Source: Klebsormidium nitens (lineage: Eukaryota; Plantae; Klebsormidiophyceae). From it: a DNA stretch of 58,641 nucleotides. The notes under the pieces are model-generated. The model worked only from the letters and a program-made list of their open reading frames with translations, had not been told where the DNA came from and made no database searches. The translations under genes were made by a program, and so were the position numbers. Location of the stretch: assembly GCA_000708835.1 (NCBI GenBank), contig DF237503.1:1-58641 (forward strand), given 5' to 3'. Positions 24,801 to 36,816 of the stretch are shown piece after piece (position 1 is the stretch's first letter; each line of letters starts with the position of its first letter).

Positions 24801-27800
24801 CCTTAAGGAAGGACGCTAGTCAGCTTGTGAAACGATTGAACGGCATAAGAGGCTGCAATCTCTTCAAGTAACTTTACCGGAAGGAACAGAGTCAGATAAG
24901 ACGCTCTGAGCTTCACACCGATTGCAGACCATTACGAGACGTAGGTAATAAGAACGAAATGACTTGCAGCACCACATCGGACCAGTGACGCGATAAGACG
25001 ACACGGCATAAGTTCAAGAGGGAGACGAAAGATGTTTTGCAACACATCCAAAATTCGTGAACCCCTCGAGAACCTCATTTGCGAGATCAGTGCTCTTTAC
25101 GTGCGGGTTCTTTCGTCCGCCGAAAAAAAGTCGGTTGGACTCGTCACCATTCGCGGGGCTAGAGCCTCCGCCGAATCAGACGATATAATTGCAGGTCCGT
25201 TTGAGCCTGCAGACGAACCTTACAGAAGGCACGACGAAACGCGTGGCAATTGAAGACAGCCCAAATCTCACTCAACGAGTCCAAGAAAACAAAAATTCAG
25301 GAATGACAGGAAGCAATTCCGTCGCTCACCTGATACGCCAGCAGCTCCGCGAGGAACAGCTGCCCCCCGTCCCCTCCCCCAAATTTCCCCGCGTTTCCTG
25401 CCCCCTGCTTCGTATGCAGCAGATCCAGCAACCGCACGTCCCGTATCCGAATCAGCGCCTTCTTCGCGATCTCCCACTGCATCCCCGTCAGCGCCCCCAT
25501 TGCAAGCGCGCGCCAATCAGAATCCGTCACGCCCAGGCACGCGACCTTGTAAGCCGCTCCGATGTCGCCACGTGTCAGGTAGTTGTGCATGCTGGAGCTC
25601 TGCGGGACGTCGATCGTCTGCATCGCCTGGAGGTGGAGGCAGAACACCTTCGACGCCTGGAACCCAACGACGAACCCCTGGAGCTTTTGAACCGTTACCG
25701 GGAAGTCGCCGGTTTTGATGCTGAGCTGACCGTTACCGCTGTAGCACAGCATCTCCTCCATGTCGCCATTCCAGGCGACGCTGTTCGCGTTCGCGTCCTC
25801 GAACAGGACGCCCTTCGTGGCGAGATCGTAAACCACGACCGCCGCCGATTCGTCCACAACCGCGAGCTTCCGCCGTTCCGCCGAGAGATCCAGGCAGCGG
25901 ATCGACGCCCGGTGCTTGATCAGCTGGGTTACGAACGGGTTATCCACCAGCACCTGCACGATCGCCCCGTTCTTTAACCCGACCAGTAACCCCTCCCGCC
26001 CCGGAGGCCCCCCGACCACTTTTATGTACCGGATAACCGCCTCCAAAACCCATTCGCGCTCTTTCTCTCCGTCCAGGTTATACAGCTGGAGCTTCTTCTC
26101 GAGGCAGAGGATGACGTGCTCTGACGTCAAGACCAGCAGGTTGCACTCGAGCTTTGCCCCGATCCTAGCTGTCACCCGGTACTGCATGTCGTTCGTATCT
26201 TCCGGGGGGCCCGCGAGCGAGTATATAAGCACTCGTTCCGGTAACTGCACCGCTAACCGGTCCTTGTAAACCGCCAGCTTCTTCACGTAGTCCTTGCAGC
26301 GTATGCGCACCTTCTGCTCGGTTATGAGGTGCTGGACCACGACGTCCGTCATCGACTCCCGAAAAGCGTATCGCTCCTGGTATAGGGCGTGCACCGTGCT
26401 ATGTATAAGCTGGTGCACCGACACGCTCCCGTCCTGGCAGGCGACCGCCACGTGCGTCCCCCGCGAGCGCGCGTGCGCGCACCACACCCAGTCGTCGCGC
26501 TCGGCGACCGGGCAGAGGATTGTGCCGTCCCTAGTTGCCATCAGAACCTTGCGGTTCGTACCGCCGATCAGAAGGAACTCGCTGTTGGGACCGGTGAAAG
26601 CGAGGCTGGTCGGGTCGCTCTCCAGAGCGCGGTCCTTGCCGATCTGCGGTGAAACGGGGAATAAGCTTCTGGATTGTGGCGTTCTGTTAAGGTTCAGTCG
26701 GCCCATCGTTGCTTCTCCCTTTTGTTGGAGGAAGCAAAGAGCCGTGATTTTTCGAGCTGCGAACTCCTGACCCACATTTGTAAATGCCAACAACCCAAAC
26801 CACTTTTTTGAATTCTCGGACTTCCAGAAGGCCGACTCTCCATCTGTTGCCCGCTGAGCCGGTAGAAGCTGAGCACATTTTGGGCAGCGAGGAGAAGTAT
26901 CCGCGACTTCTGGACCGATCGAGCTTCCAAGCATCAGTCCCAGTCACCCCCAGAATCAAAAAGCTCAAATCATAATGACGTTTGTACCTGATATCAACGT
27001 TCTCAAAGTGGAACTGTTGCCCGCTGAGCCGGTAAAAGCCGAGCGTCGCGGAGACTCTGTCAGCGCAAACTTCCAATCTATGCCTTCTTGGGTTTTGATT
27101 ACTGCCAGCAAACTCTACAAGAAATCAATCCCCCGACTTCCTTATATCCTTCAAAACCTACATTTGATTGGAGTTTGTCTAATTTTACACTCTTCACCTG
27201 TTGTCCGTTGAGCCGGTAAGAGCGGAGCGTCGCGTCCCAGCACCTGACCGTCAGCATATCGATTGCATTCACGCTTTCGTTCCGATCATCATACCCATAC
27301 CGTTCGAAATTTTAGAACTCAAAGTGGAACCTTGAGAAACATATCTTATGAACGGGAGCTTCCTCACCTGTTGTCCATTCAACCGGTAGAAGCTGAGCGT
27401 AGCGTCCCAGCAGCCGACCGCCAGCTGTTCTGCCATCTCCTCCTTTCCGGGGGGACACCACGCGAGCGCCCATACGGGGGCGGCCCGCTGGATCGATACG
27501 ACCTCCGTCCCGGCTCGCCCATCGCGTATGGTGATGACGCCGTTGTATAGCCCGAGCGCCAGGTGGAGTCCGTCCAGCGTCCAAGCACAGCAGAGCGCCT
27601 GGACAGTTTGGGTGATTCCGCTCATCAAAGAACTAGTTTTTTGGGGGTTCCGAAGAATTGATTCGTCTTCAGGGGAGAAGGGAGGGATTTTGGAAAAAGA
27701 GTCAGGTGGAGGCCGTCCAACGTCCAAGCGCAGCAGAGCGCCTGCAGAGGGGGGGTTGGGTATCGTTTGAGCAGAAGGTAGGGTTCGTGGGGGAGCAAGG

Positions 27801-30800
27801 AACCGTATCATCTTGAGGGGAGAGAAAAGTTTGCTCTCGCCAAAAAGAGGGAGGCCGTCCAGCGTCCAAGCGCAGCAGAGCGCCTGCAGACGGGGGGACA
27901 AAATTCTTCTGAGCAGAGTGTAGAGTTCTTGGGGGGGCGAAAAACCGTATCATGTTGAGGGGAGGGAAAGAGTTGTTCTCGACAAAAGAGGGAGGCCGTG
28001 CAACGTCCAAGCGCAGCAGAGCGCCTGGAGGAGGGGGGGTGGATTTCGTCCGAGCAGAGTCTAGTTTTTCAGGGGGTCAAGAATTCAGTAGTCTTAAGGG
28101 AGGGGGGAAAGATTCACTGAAAAAGTGAGGTGGAGGCCGTTCAGCGTCAAAGCGCAGCAGAGCGCCTGGAGAAGGGGGGTGAAGTTCGTCTGAGCAGAGC
28201 GTGGGTTTTTCGGGGGGTCCGAAGAAACAATCACCTTGAGGGATGGGGGAATGATTTTTCTCGAAAAGGTGAGGTGGAGGCCATCAAGCGTCAAAGCGCA
28301 GCAGGTGGAGAGGCGAAGGTGGAGGGAGAAGAAATGTGAGTCTATGAAATTACGAACTGGGATGGGAGAAGACTTGACGTGCTTTTGGAGACAGAGGAGT
28401 GATGTCTAGAGAGCGTCAGGTGGAGGGGGCAAGCATCCAAGCGAGGCAAAAGGACTGGGGAGCTGCAATAATCTGGTTTCGTTGGGCTCAGTAACGGAAG
28501 AGATAACTTCGAGAGTTACTCACAACTTCGTGGCGAAGAACTCGAAGGATGGACTTGGAGGGCATCTTTAGCCTTCTTTGCCGAGCAGTAATGATGGCAT
28601 ACAACGACGTCATATATTTCCTGAGAAAAGCTTGCAGTCAAGCACTCCAAGGGAAGGGCGCTCACCTTGGCGGGGACCTTGTGCTTGGCTACCGACTTTT
28701 GCTCGGGCGACCACAGCCCGAAATCTGTCGCCGTTGTACTCGCCAGCTGCACCCAGAGCAGCCCACTTCAGCTCAAATTAACGTTTGCATACGGTGAATC
28801 TCAGTTGCCGTGAGACTCTTCTATGCATCTATTCCTGTCACCTGGTGATTCAGGGGGTTCTACCGCTCCTTTCTCTAAAGACATTTCTTCCTGCTTGCTC
28901 CTACAATTTTTTGAAGGCGGTATTGACGTGGCGACTCAGTGGTTGACGTGGCGCAAGTTTAGACTCTTGCCTTCAGTTCGGTCCGTACTATCGCTTCCTA
29001 TTCCGCCATCCCCAAAACGATCTTTCTCTATGCAACTTACGAAGCAGCGGAAGGAGAAGGTGAGAGCCCACCTGCTGCGTCAAAGGGTTATACGCCAAGC
29101 TCTGTATCGAGTCGTTGTGGCTGTACTTCAGAATACCCTCCGCCTGAGAGATGAGAATCCAATGTTAGCAACGCACTTTGGAACGCCGTATATGCATGGT
29201 ATAGCCTTCAAGCTGGTTGTCTCCGCGACTTCCTGGAACATGGTATGGTCGCCAGCAAATACTGCCAAGGTCACAAATGCTGGTTTGGATGATGAATGGT
29301 GTTCTGCAACTGCTATGAAAAGCTTGCAGTGTAGGATTGGAGGTGTATCGAATGAGATTCTGAGAGCCGCCCGCCCATGACGAAAATCGGCTCTTGGCTA
29401 TTCTCCTTGTTTTCGTTCGTTTCATAAATCAGGGACTGTTATATTTGCCGGACTCACGAGTGGTTTTCTGGCTGGAGAACGTGCAGACTATATCAGCCTA
29501 CGCTGTAGAAGCAGAAGCTTCTTGGCCGGATAATCCTTTCCTCCATCTTGCGTAACCCTAAGTTCTGATCAGATGCAGGACACATACAACATTCCTTTTC
29601 CACCCGGTTCATCAAACAAAAAAGGATACCGACGGCGGAGTATCCTGCCGCCTCCCTGATTGCAAACTTTCTCTTTGCTGAATATTGAAGAGTCTGCCTC
29701 ACCTTGTGCGTCCAGATGATGACGGTCTTGTCCGCGCCCCCTGACGCGAACCGCTTCCCGTCCCGCGAGTACGCAACGCAGTAGACCGCATCCTTGTGAC
29801 CTGGGCCAAGGGGAAGCCGCGCTTGAGTTTCTAAGCTTTAGCGCCGGCCGACCTTTGAGTAGCACGGATCCGAGGTCCCCATGTTTCGTTAGCGATCTTA
29901 CACCGGGGCAAGATATCGACCGAAGAAAACCCGATTCACACCGGATTGTCTTAGGGATTGAACCAGATTCATTGCGTCTGAAATTTTTGCAAGGAAGACG
30001 TGCGGTTTCATTCTGGCCAGTCGACGCAGAGTGCTTTACACGGTCTGAACGTTGTAACCAAAGACGAAGTTCCGGCGGCGCTCAGAAGCCAGAGCCATTT
30101 CTCAGAGCTGCAGATGATTGTTAACCGAGTGAGGTGCTTTATTGCTGAAGGGGGGTGCAGAAGCGGGCGGGCTGAGAACCTCCTGAATTGCGACCCATGA
30201 AGCACAGCGCCATGTTAGGTTCTTGGACCGATTGCATCTTAGCGAAAGAACAAACTCCTTTCCAGAGAGCCGGCGCTTTGGATTAACGGGCATCCGCGGG
30301 GGTGAGACGTCGGAATGAATCCTGAAGACGCCGGAGTGGGGTCAAGGAGAATCAGTTATTCCGAGACCGGGCCGGCGCTCGAGCTAATGGAAGGAATAAC
30401 GTGGCAAGGCCTAGAATTTGGACCCGGGGGCTTTCTGATCAATGATTGGTCGAATCCCGCAGAACCCAGGGTTTCGCCCTTTACCCCCGCCAAGTCACCC
30501 TTCCACAGCATCCCCGGCCCGGCCTCAAAGTCACTCATTCTCCTTGACCCCGCTCTGTCAGCAGATGACCTTCGAACGTGAAGCTAACTCGGAAAAGCGC
30601 ACCTTTGAGCGAATGGAGGAGGTCCCCATCCAACGCGTCGTACATGAGCACGCGGCTGCCCACGGCCGCCACGAGCTGCGTCCCATCTGCAGAAAAAGAA
30701 AGGTAAAGTTCTTCTGGTTCAGTCTTATCAAACTCGTTTCACGAACTTTAGCTCCTTTTCAAAATATGCACCGACGAGACGGGTGGGGTTAAAGAGGCGG

Positions 30801-32360
30801 GTTGGAGTGGGTGTGAATGCGAAGCCCGTCGCCTGCCCGGATTGAAGGCTTTTTTGGCGTGATTGGCTCTCGGATAGCTCGGTTGCTGCTAGAACATTCG
30901 GCCCTTTTCTTCGTTGCATAGAGGCCATAACCTTGCGCTCAGATGACGGAAGCTTTTCAGACTTATTTGAAAGTAAGCTTACTTTACCTTTGCTAGGCTG
31001 TGCTACATCAGCCCTTTGCTTTTTTTGTTTGTACAATTATTGCTTTGAGAGCTTGAGTTGTCTGTATCTGTGTGTATAATGTGGACCCTTAGGGTGGTCA
31101 AAGTTTTAAACAAAGGATGCCTCCGGAGGGGAAGCGCTGTTCCTTGACGCCCCCCCCGGCAGGTACAGAAGAAAAATGATCTGCTGCATAGGTAGACCGG
31201 TTGTGGCCGTTGCAAATCATGCTTCAGGAGGCCGATAAAATTCAGGCTCCCAAAGTCACAGAAGAGCTTCAGTCGAGAGAGACTATTCTGGGGGGGCGAC
31301 AACCCAACGAAGAGAGAAGACGACTGGTTGGCACAAGCTTGATGACTGTGAGGGCAATGTGAGGCACATGGGGCGCGAATCAAGGTCATGATAGGTCGTC
31401 GTCCTTGCAATCTCTGTCACTTTGTTTGTTTGTTTGTTATACCCGTGCCACATAAGATAGGGAAGTGCTCACTTGGAGATGACGAGGTAAGGACGGCCCT
31501 CACAAATTACGTTATCTCCACAAATCACAGGAGTTCTTGACGTTTTGTCGTGCCAGCCACGCGAGCGATCAAGCGCACGCGGCAGTACGACCCCAAAGCT
31601 TGCGTGCAGAAGAGCAGGGCTCTTACCTGGTTTGAATGCGACATCGTAACATACGCTCTTCACTCCGTCCCGCTCCGGCTGCATCGACACAAGCAACTAA
31701 ATGTCAGTCATTACGTCGCCCGCATTGACGTGAGAGCGCATCGTACAGGGTATGCAGATGAAGGGAGGGTGGGGGGGTCAACAGAAGACTTCGAGGCCGG
31801 GCTCTTGATGGCATTCAATGGTTGGGGTCAGCGCTCTTTTGGTGCTTACCTGTACCGCCCTGGAGGCAGCTTTGATCAAGCATCTGAATGGCCAGTACAG
31901 CGACGTGCACAAGAACTGTCTCTTATCTGAAGGGGACCATCAGAGCACAGCCTGATGTCATATGCTGCTTGTGACCAAATGCATGTTGGGAAGCGCAGAA
32001 CTATTAGCGCTTGATGGGGCTAAGAGGCTAGAACGCAGCTGCACTCAGCCATCCTTAATCAAGAGTGTTCGTCGCAGCCCAAAGGTCCTCTAGGCTGGAT
32101 ATCTTTTGACTTTTGTGTTTTGACATTGATTGTGTTTCGGCATAGACTCTTAAAAACCGCACTGCCCAAGGTTGGACCTAAGTTACCACGCCGGCGCTGT
32201 GGAAGGAACGTTTGAAAGGTGCGGAATTGATTACTGTGAAACAGCATAATGGCGTTCAAAGCTGGGATCGGTGCAGACTGAACACCACTGTGAAAATCCA
32301 AAAGGAGTTGATGATGGGGCAACTTACCACCTTGTCCGACCATGTCTGCACCACCCTCAT
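21895..32360 (-). CDS. IFT122: Intraflagellar transport protein 122 (IFT-A, WD40/TPR/Zn-ribbon), 10 coding exons, ~1358 aa
   Basis: Exons 32360-32328, 31678-31627, 30686-30603, 29800-29703, 29143-29072, 28746-28666, 27598-27368, 26643-25330, 24646-24410, 23769-21895 (4077 nt). Diagnostic peptides [84 protein letters not shown], and C-terminal CxxC pairs. Confidence 0.96.
26843..27400 (-). repeat. Tandem array (real junction plus 3 copies, 170/184/170 bp) of the IFT122 exon-7 3' end plus donor
   Basis: Plus-strand anchor ccggta at 27383 (exon), 27213, 27029, 26859, each within ctgttg(t/c)cc..(a/g)ccggta(g/a)aagc(t/c/g)gagc-like context. Confidence 0.88.
27560..28310 (-). repeat. Tandem array (real junction plus 5 copies, 141-143 bp) of the IFT122 exon-7 acceptor plus first ~40 nt
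   Basis: Plus-strand anchor cagagcgcct ends at 27600 (true), 27743, 27885, 28026, 28167; partial copy at ~28273-28304. Confidence 0.93.
30334..30555. repeat. Imperfect inverted repeat (~100-bp arms) in IFT122 intron 3; possible degenerate MITE
   Basis: gagtggggtcaaggagaatcagttattccgagaccgggccgg (30334+) pairs with ccggcccggcctcaaagtcactcattctccttgaccccgctc (ends 30555). Confidence 0.7.
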
Positions 32361-33722
32361 CGTTGCGGGCCCTGCTTTTGTCAGCCGATACTAGTTGCGG
32401 CGCGCCCTCATGGCTTGCAGCCTCTCTGTTTAATTTGTGCCAATAGTCACCTGGCAGATTGCAAGCAACAAACACTGTGCAGAAGCAGAGAAACGCAAAG
32501 TGTCGGATCGCTGTAGGTTGCTTATGACAAAATCGCTCCTGAGTATGGGTGCTTTCTGACGGGCAAGGGGTTACCTAAGATGGTGGTTTAAGCACAAGAA
32601 AAAGTCTCAGGAAATATGCAACAAGGTGGTAATCCAGCTACAAGCGGCACATTTACACAAGCTGCACACACTGGTACACCTGTATGATGAGCGCCCCCGC
32701 TTCTTCCTGATTGTTGGATCATGACTTGGGTAAAACGTTGCTCTTGGGTGGTGGTTTGCCCAGCTATCAAGGAAACATAGATCTTAATCTCAACTTGACT
32801 CTAAAGCAAACAAGTTGCGTTTTTAAATAGAGCTGCAAGATATGTGAGCGCTTCTTTGAAAGGACAGGTACTCTAGCTTTGGCTTTGAAATAACCTTTTT
32901 ATGTGGGTTCAGACACGCTTGAAAGTGCTTGAAAGAGGGCCAGCCTGGTAGGCTATCATTCGAAACTTACCTCACTGTCACATGCACCTCCTGATGGACC
33001 TCAGACTAACGACTAACCTCTTCTCCTTTCATTCTAACGGTAGTAAAGCTGTTTCAAAGCTAGCTAGGAAAGGCGTGCTTTGTGGCTATGTAGCGTGCAC
33101 CCCAACTTCTGGCACGTCAATGAAGCATTGCGTTCAATAGAAGAGAGCTCACAGCTCGAATTTTTCAGCAGCAATACTCCTTCACAATTGTAGAGCTTCA
33201 CAGTTGCACCTAATCATTCCTAACTGCACCAGATGTTTGAAAAGATGGTTGAGCTGTCTCTGTTCATCGATTGCCTAGTAGCTGTGACATACCTCTTGGC
33301 GAACACAGGAGAGGAGGGGTAAAAAAGACTATGTAGTACCTCCAGGTCAGATTCCTAGGACAAAAAGCGCGATCCACTATGGATCCACTGTGAAAAAGCA
33401 AATGGACTACTAGGCATCCGTTTCTAGCCGGGACAAAGGGCATTTATTACCAAGAGAGTACTCGCGCGCGTGCCGAATGTGAACCCGAAAACCGTCGAGT
33501 CGCTTTGAAAAACTGGACGGCGCAAAGAGACTGACACCGCGCGCGCCCAGGACCCGCGGCCCCGGCCACCACTGCTGCAAAACGGACAAAGTTGACGAAT
33601 AAAGTTTGGGAGAAATTTGTTCGGACGGTACCGGGCGCACAATGGCTGCGGATGGTACCAACCGTCACATCTCGCGCGGTACCCTTCCTTGCCAAGCGCA
33701 GAAGCAACCGGGCACTATCGGG

Positions 33723-33858
33723 TTAGGTCACAAAGCAGTGATGGTATGTTAGGGTTACGCCACTACCTGTGACGGTTTGTTAGGGTCGCGTCCCTTCCCT
33801 GTGACTGCTCTCTGATTAGGGTTCCCACTAACGGCTAAGCCACTGACCTTAGGGTTTT
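33723..33858. promoter_or_regulatory. Cluster of telobox-like TTAGGGT motifs between the divergent IFT122 and F-box genes
   Basis: ttagg at 33723; ttagggt at 33749, 33780, 33816, 33849. The last copy is a perfect TAGGGTTT. Function is inferred. Confidence 0.45.
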
Positions 33859-34090
33859 CGTGCGGTTCGGTGTTACCCGAGCACTTTATTGGCGTCCGAA
33901 GCAGGCGTCCGTGTCCGATTCTCCCAGATTTTATTCGTCAACTTTGTGCCTCTTGCACCACTGCTAGCTGGACCCAGAGTCCCTAGCTAGACTCTGAAGA
34001 TTCAGCGCAGCAGATGAACGATGGTCCAGACAAAGCGCTTGTGAAAGCCTCAGCTCACTTTCACACTTTGTCACTCAGCTCCAAAGCGGA

Positions 34091-35500
34091 ATGACTCCTC
34101 CTCAGGATCACTTCCTGAAGCTAGATGACTCCTTGCTTGCAAATATCTTGGAAAGTTCACTGGTCGGTGCCCCGACCGCTTGCAAAAGGAGGGTGCAACT
34201 GGAGGCCGTTTGCAAGAGATTTCAGTCGGTGCTCCTCGACGCCACATCCATCCAATGGGTATTTGAGGAATCAAACGCACAGGACATGTTCGTTTCCTAC
34301 ATGCTGAGAGCTGCGGGGCGTCTGGTGAAACTGGAGCTAATTCTGTACACATCGGTCGATCTGCTGACGGTCTTGCAAGCCGGTGTACTGCCCGCGCTAG
34401 ACACGCTTCAAGAGTTTCAGTTTCTTGTGGGATATGGCTTCGAAGACAAGGCGATGATCTCGGGCTTCAATTGGGCGCACCTGTTCTCCATGCTCCAGCG
34501 GTGCAAACATCTCAAGGAGCTGGACATCTCCTTAGGGTCACAATCTCATGTAATGGCTCTTGCTGGGTCGCTGAAACCGTTTGCAAAGCTGCGCGCCCTG
34601 GAGTTGGTCGGTCTAGGCGTTTCGTCTGCCAAGTTCTCTTCATTTATAAGGTTGTTCCCAGCCCTGGAGTCAGCAACGCTTCACCTGGCTATTGCCACAG
34701 ATGGTCCGAGAGGAGAGTACATCTTTGAATGTACCTCAATTGTGGACCTCCACTGGTATAGTCGGGGCCCATCAACAGAGGGCAATCAAATCATAATCAA
34801 GGCCCCTTTTCTGAAGAAGCTGACGCTAGTGAATACATGTTCATCGGATGTCTTCAATCTAAATTGTCCGGAGCTGCAAAGTTTGTGTCTTCGACTTTGG
34901 CCTGAAAATGGGCCACGCATAGGTTCCGTAAGCATCCCCAACATCAAAGAGATTGAGTTTGGAAGATGTAGCTGGGACCATATTGTCAGGCCTGTCCTTA
35001 GCGGTGGTACCTCAAGTGTCCGGAAAGTTTCTTTTAGAAGAGCATGTTCCCCAATTCCTTCGCAAATTGCCCAGATACTGGATCAGTGCAAGTCGCTGGA
35101 GACTCTGGCTTTAGACAGTTCAGTATGGAACAGGTCTGCTTTGTGGGATGAGGGGGTTCTGGCTCGTTTGCCGGCTTTAGAATTAGCCCTGTACGAGGTG
35201 CAAGGTCCAGTGATTCACTGTAGACAACCGCTCTTTGCAAGTGTAGAGTCTTTCAACGACGATGTGGAGGCTCTGGAACAAGTGAGAAAGTTGCTGGGGA
35301 TGTGCAAGGGATTAAAACGTCTGCAACTGGATTTTTCTACGTTACGAATCCTGTCAGAGCAACCAGTTTGGAAAGCCCTATGGGGCTACGTCAAGGGGAA
35401 AATGAGGGAAATCCAGAGGGAATTTCCAAACTGTGAAGTCACTATCCAAATAAGAAACTATCAAGGTAGTGTTGTACAAAGAGTGGCGTGCCACAACTGA
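34091..35500 (+). CDS. Intronless F-box/LRR protein, 469 aa
   Basis: Single ORF. F-box LKLDDSLLANILESSL..RRVQLEAVCKRFQSVL, then LRR units (CKHLKELDIS, FPALESATL, APFLKKLTL, CPELQSLCL, CKSLETLAL). Confidence 0.88.
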   Translation: MTPPQDHFLKLDDSLLANILESSLVGAPTACKRRVQLEAVCKRFQSVLLDATSIQWVFEESNAQDMFVSYMLRAAGRLVKLELILYTSVDLLTVLQAGVLPALDTLQEFQFLVGYGFEDKAMISGFNWAHLFSMLQRCKHLKELDISLGSQSHVMALAGSLKPFAKLRALELVGLGVSSAKFSSFIRLFPALESATLHLAIATDGPRGEYIFECTSIVDLHWYSRGPSTEGNQIIIKAPFLKKLTLVNTCSSDVFNLNCPELQSLCLRLWPENGPRIGSVSIPNIKEIEFGRCSWDHIVRPVLSGGTSSVRKVSFRRACSPIPSQIAQILDQCKSLETLALDSSVWNRSALWDEGVLARLPALELALYEVQGPVIHCRQPLFASVESFNDDVEALEQVRKLLGMCKGLKRLQLDFSTLRILSEQPVWKALWGYVKGKMREIQREFPNCEVTIQIRNYQGSVVQRVACHN

Positions 35501-36816
35501 GAAACCGTGACTTGCCAGACTGTACGTAGGCCTAAGAGTGAGGGCCTCACATGTCAACCTAATATGTCTCTTAGGTCCCGGTTAGCAAATTCGAGCTGGC
35601 GGTAATACTCGAGATGCTGCATGAGAGTCCGGCCTCTTGTGAACGGCAATCAGCTGCTCTTGCAATTGGCAATGGACTTGACTGGGATTGAAGGTCCTCA
35701 ACATTTTGCGGGTCTAGCTAGGAATCTGAATCACGTACGTTTTGCAACCGCATCATTGTGACAATGCCCGTCAATTGTCGTTTGTATGTCGATCTCTGCT
35801 GGGTAAGTTAACCCGTGCAGGCTAGCTCGAGGAGCTCCATGGATATATCCCTCATACTCACGGCCCGGCCAATTAAAGGAGTTCAATAAGGACGGTTTAA
35901 ATGTATCATGCATTCAAATATACAGGTACGGACGTTTCCTCTTTACAAAGAGTAGGTCTTGAAATGTAAATATCACTATGAGTAGCTGAAAGTAACTTCT
36001 TCAAAGTACGGTAGTGCGTCTCTTCGAAGATCAGATCAGAAGGTAGTCCTAATTCAAAGACTGGTATATACGCTGTTGCTCATATATAGACTCGATCATG
36101 CAATCATGGACATATGTGCATCTGCATGCATCTGCAAATTGATTTCTGCAACGTACGTACATATGCCCTGTGATCATGACCGGATGGGATGGATGAATGT
36201 ACATATCGGTACGTATGCTCAAAGCACATGGCTCGGAATGTTTGTATATGAGCGCGCAAATGTTGCCAACCACTGCAACGACTTCCAAATGATTAAGATC
36301 CGTTTTCAGTGCTTGCATGATGCATGGCCAGAATACTTATCAACTAAGCGTCGCTACCGTACCAATCATGCATGCAATTGCAGCCGTCAATCAATGAGGA
36401 ATTAGAGTAACTGTATACCGATTCTCGCCAGGGGCGTGCCTGAAACCTTCAGTACTTACTACTGACTCGCCGAAACATCCCGTGGAAGTTGGCGGCTGAC
36501 AACGCGACCTGATTGTTGGAAACTCCAAGGATCCGTTTAAAGGCCATAAACTGGGGTCGTGCAGCCTCAGACAAACTGAGAATTCCAAAAACGCACGAGT
36601 ATAAATGACCTTCACGGCCGTCTCAAACTCTTTTCATCAGCACCAACAGTCTGCCAGAAAAGACACATGCTAGGGTCACCCGCACGCATGTCAAGAATCC
36701 CCATTCAAAACGAGGCTCGTCTCATGATGTCCTCCGCTAGCTTTGCTCCATTGCTCCATTGTGAGGAACTACCGTTGATATGCGTTATCCTGTTGAGCAA
36801 GCTGGTCCTTGGTCTT

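Noticed and set aside
25189-25977. 262-aa + strand ORF
   Set aside because: Antisense to IFT122 exon 8.
27560-28310. Repeat-spacer-like periodicity suggestive of a CRISPR array
   Set aside because: Eukaryotic intron; whole units are homologous, the conserved part is a copy of the host exon, and no cas genes are present.
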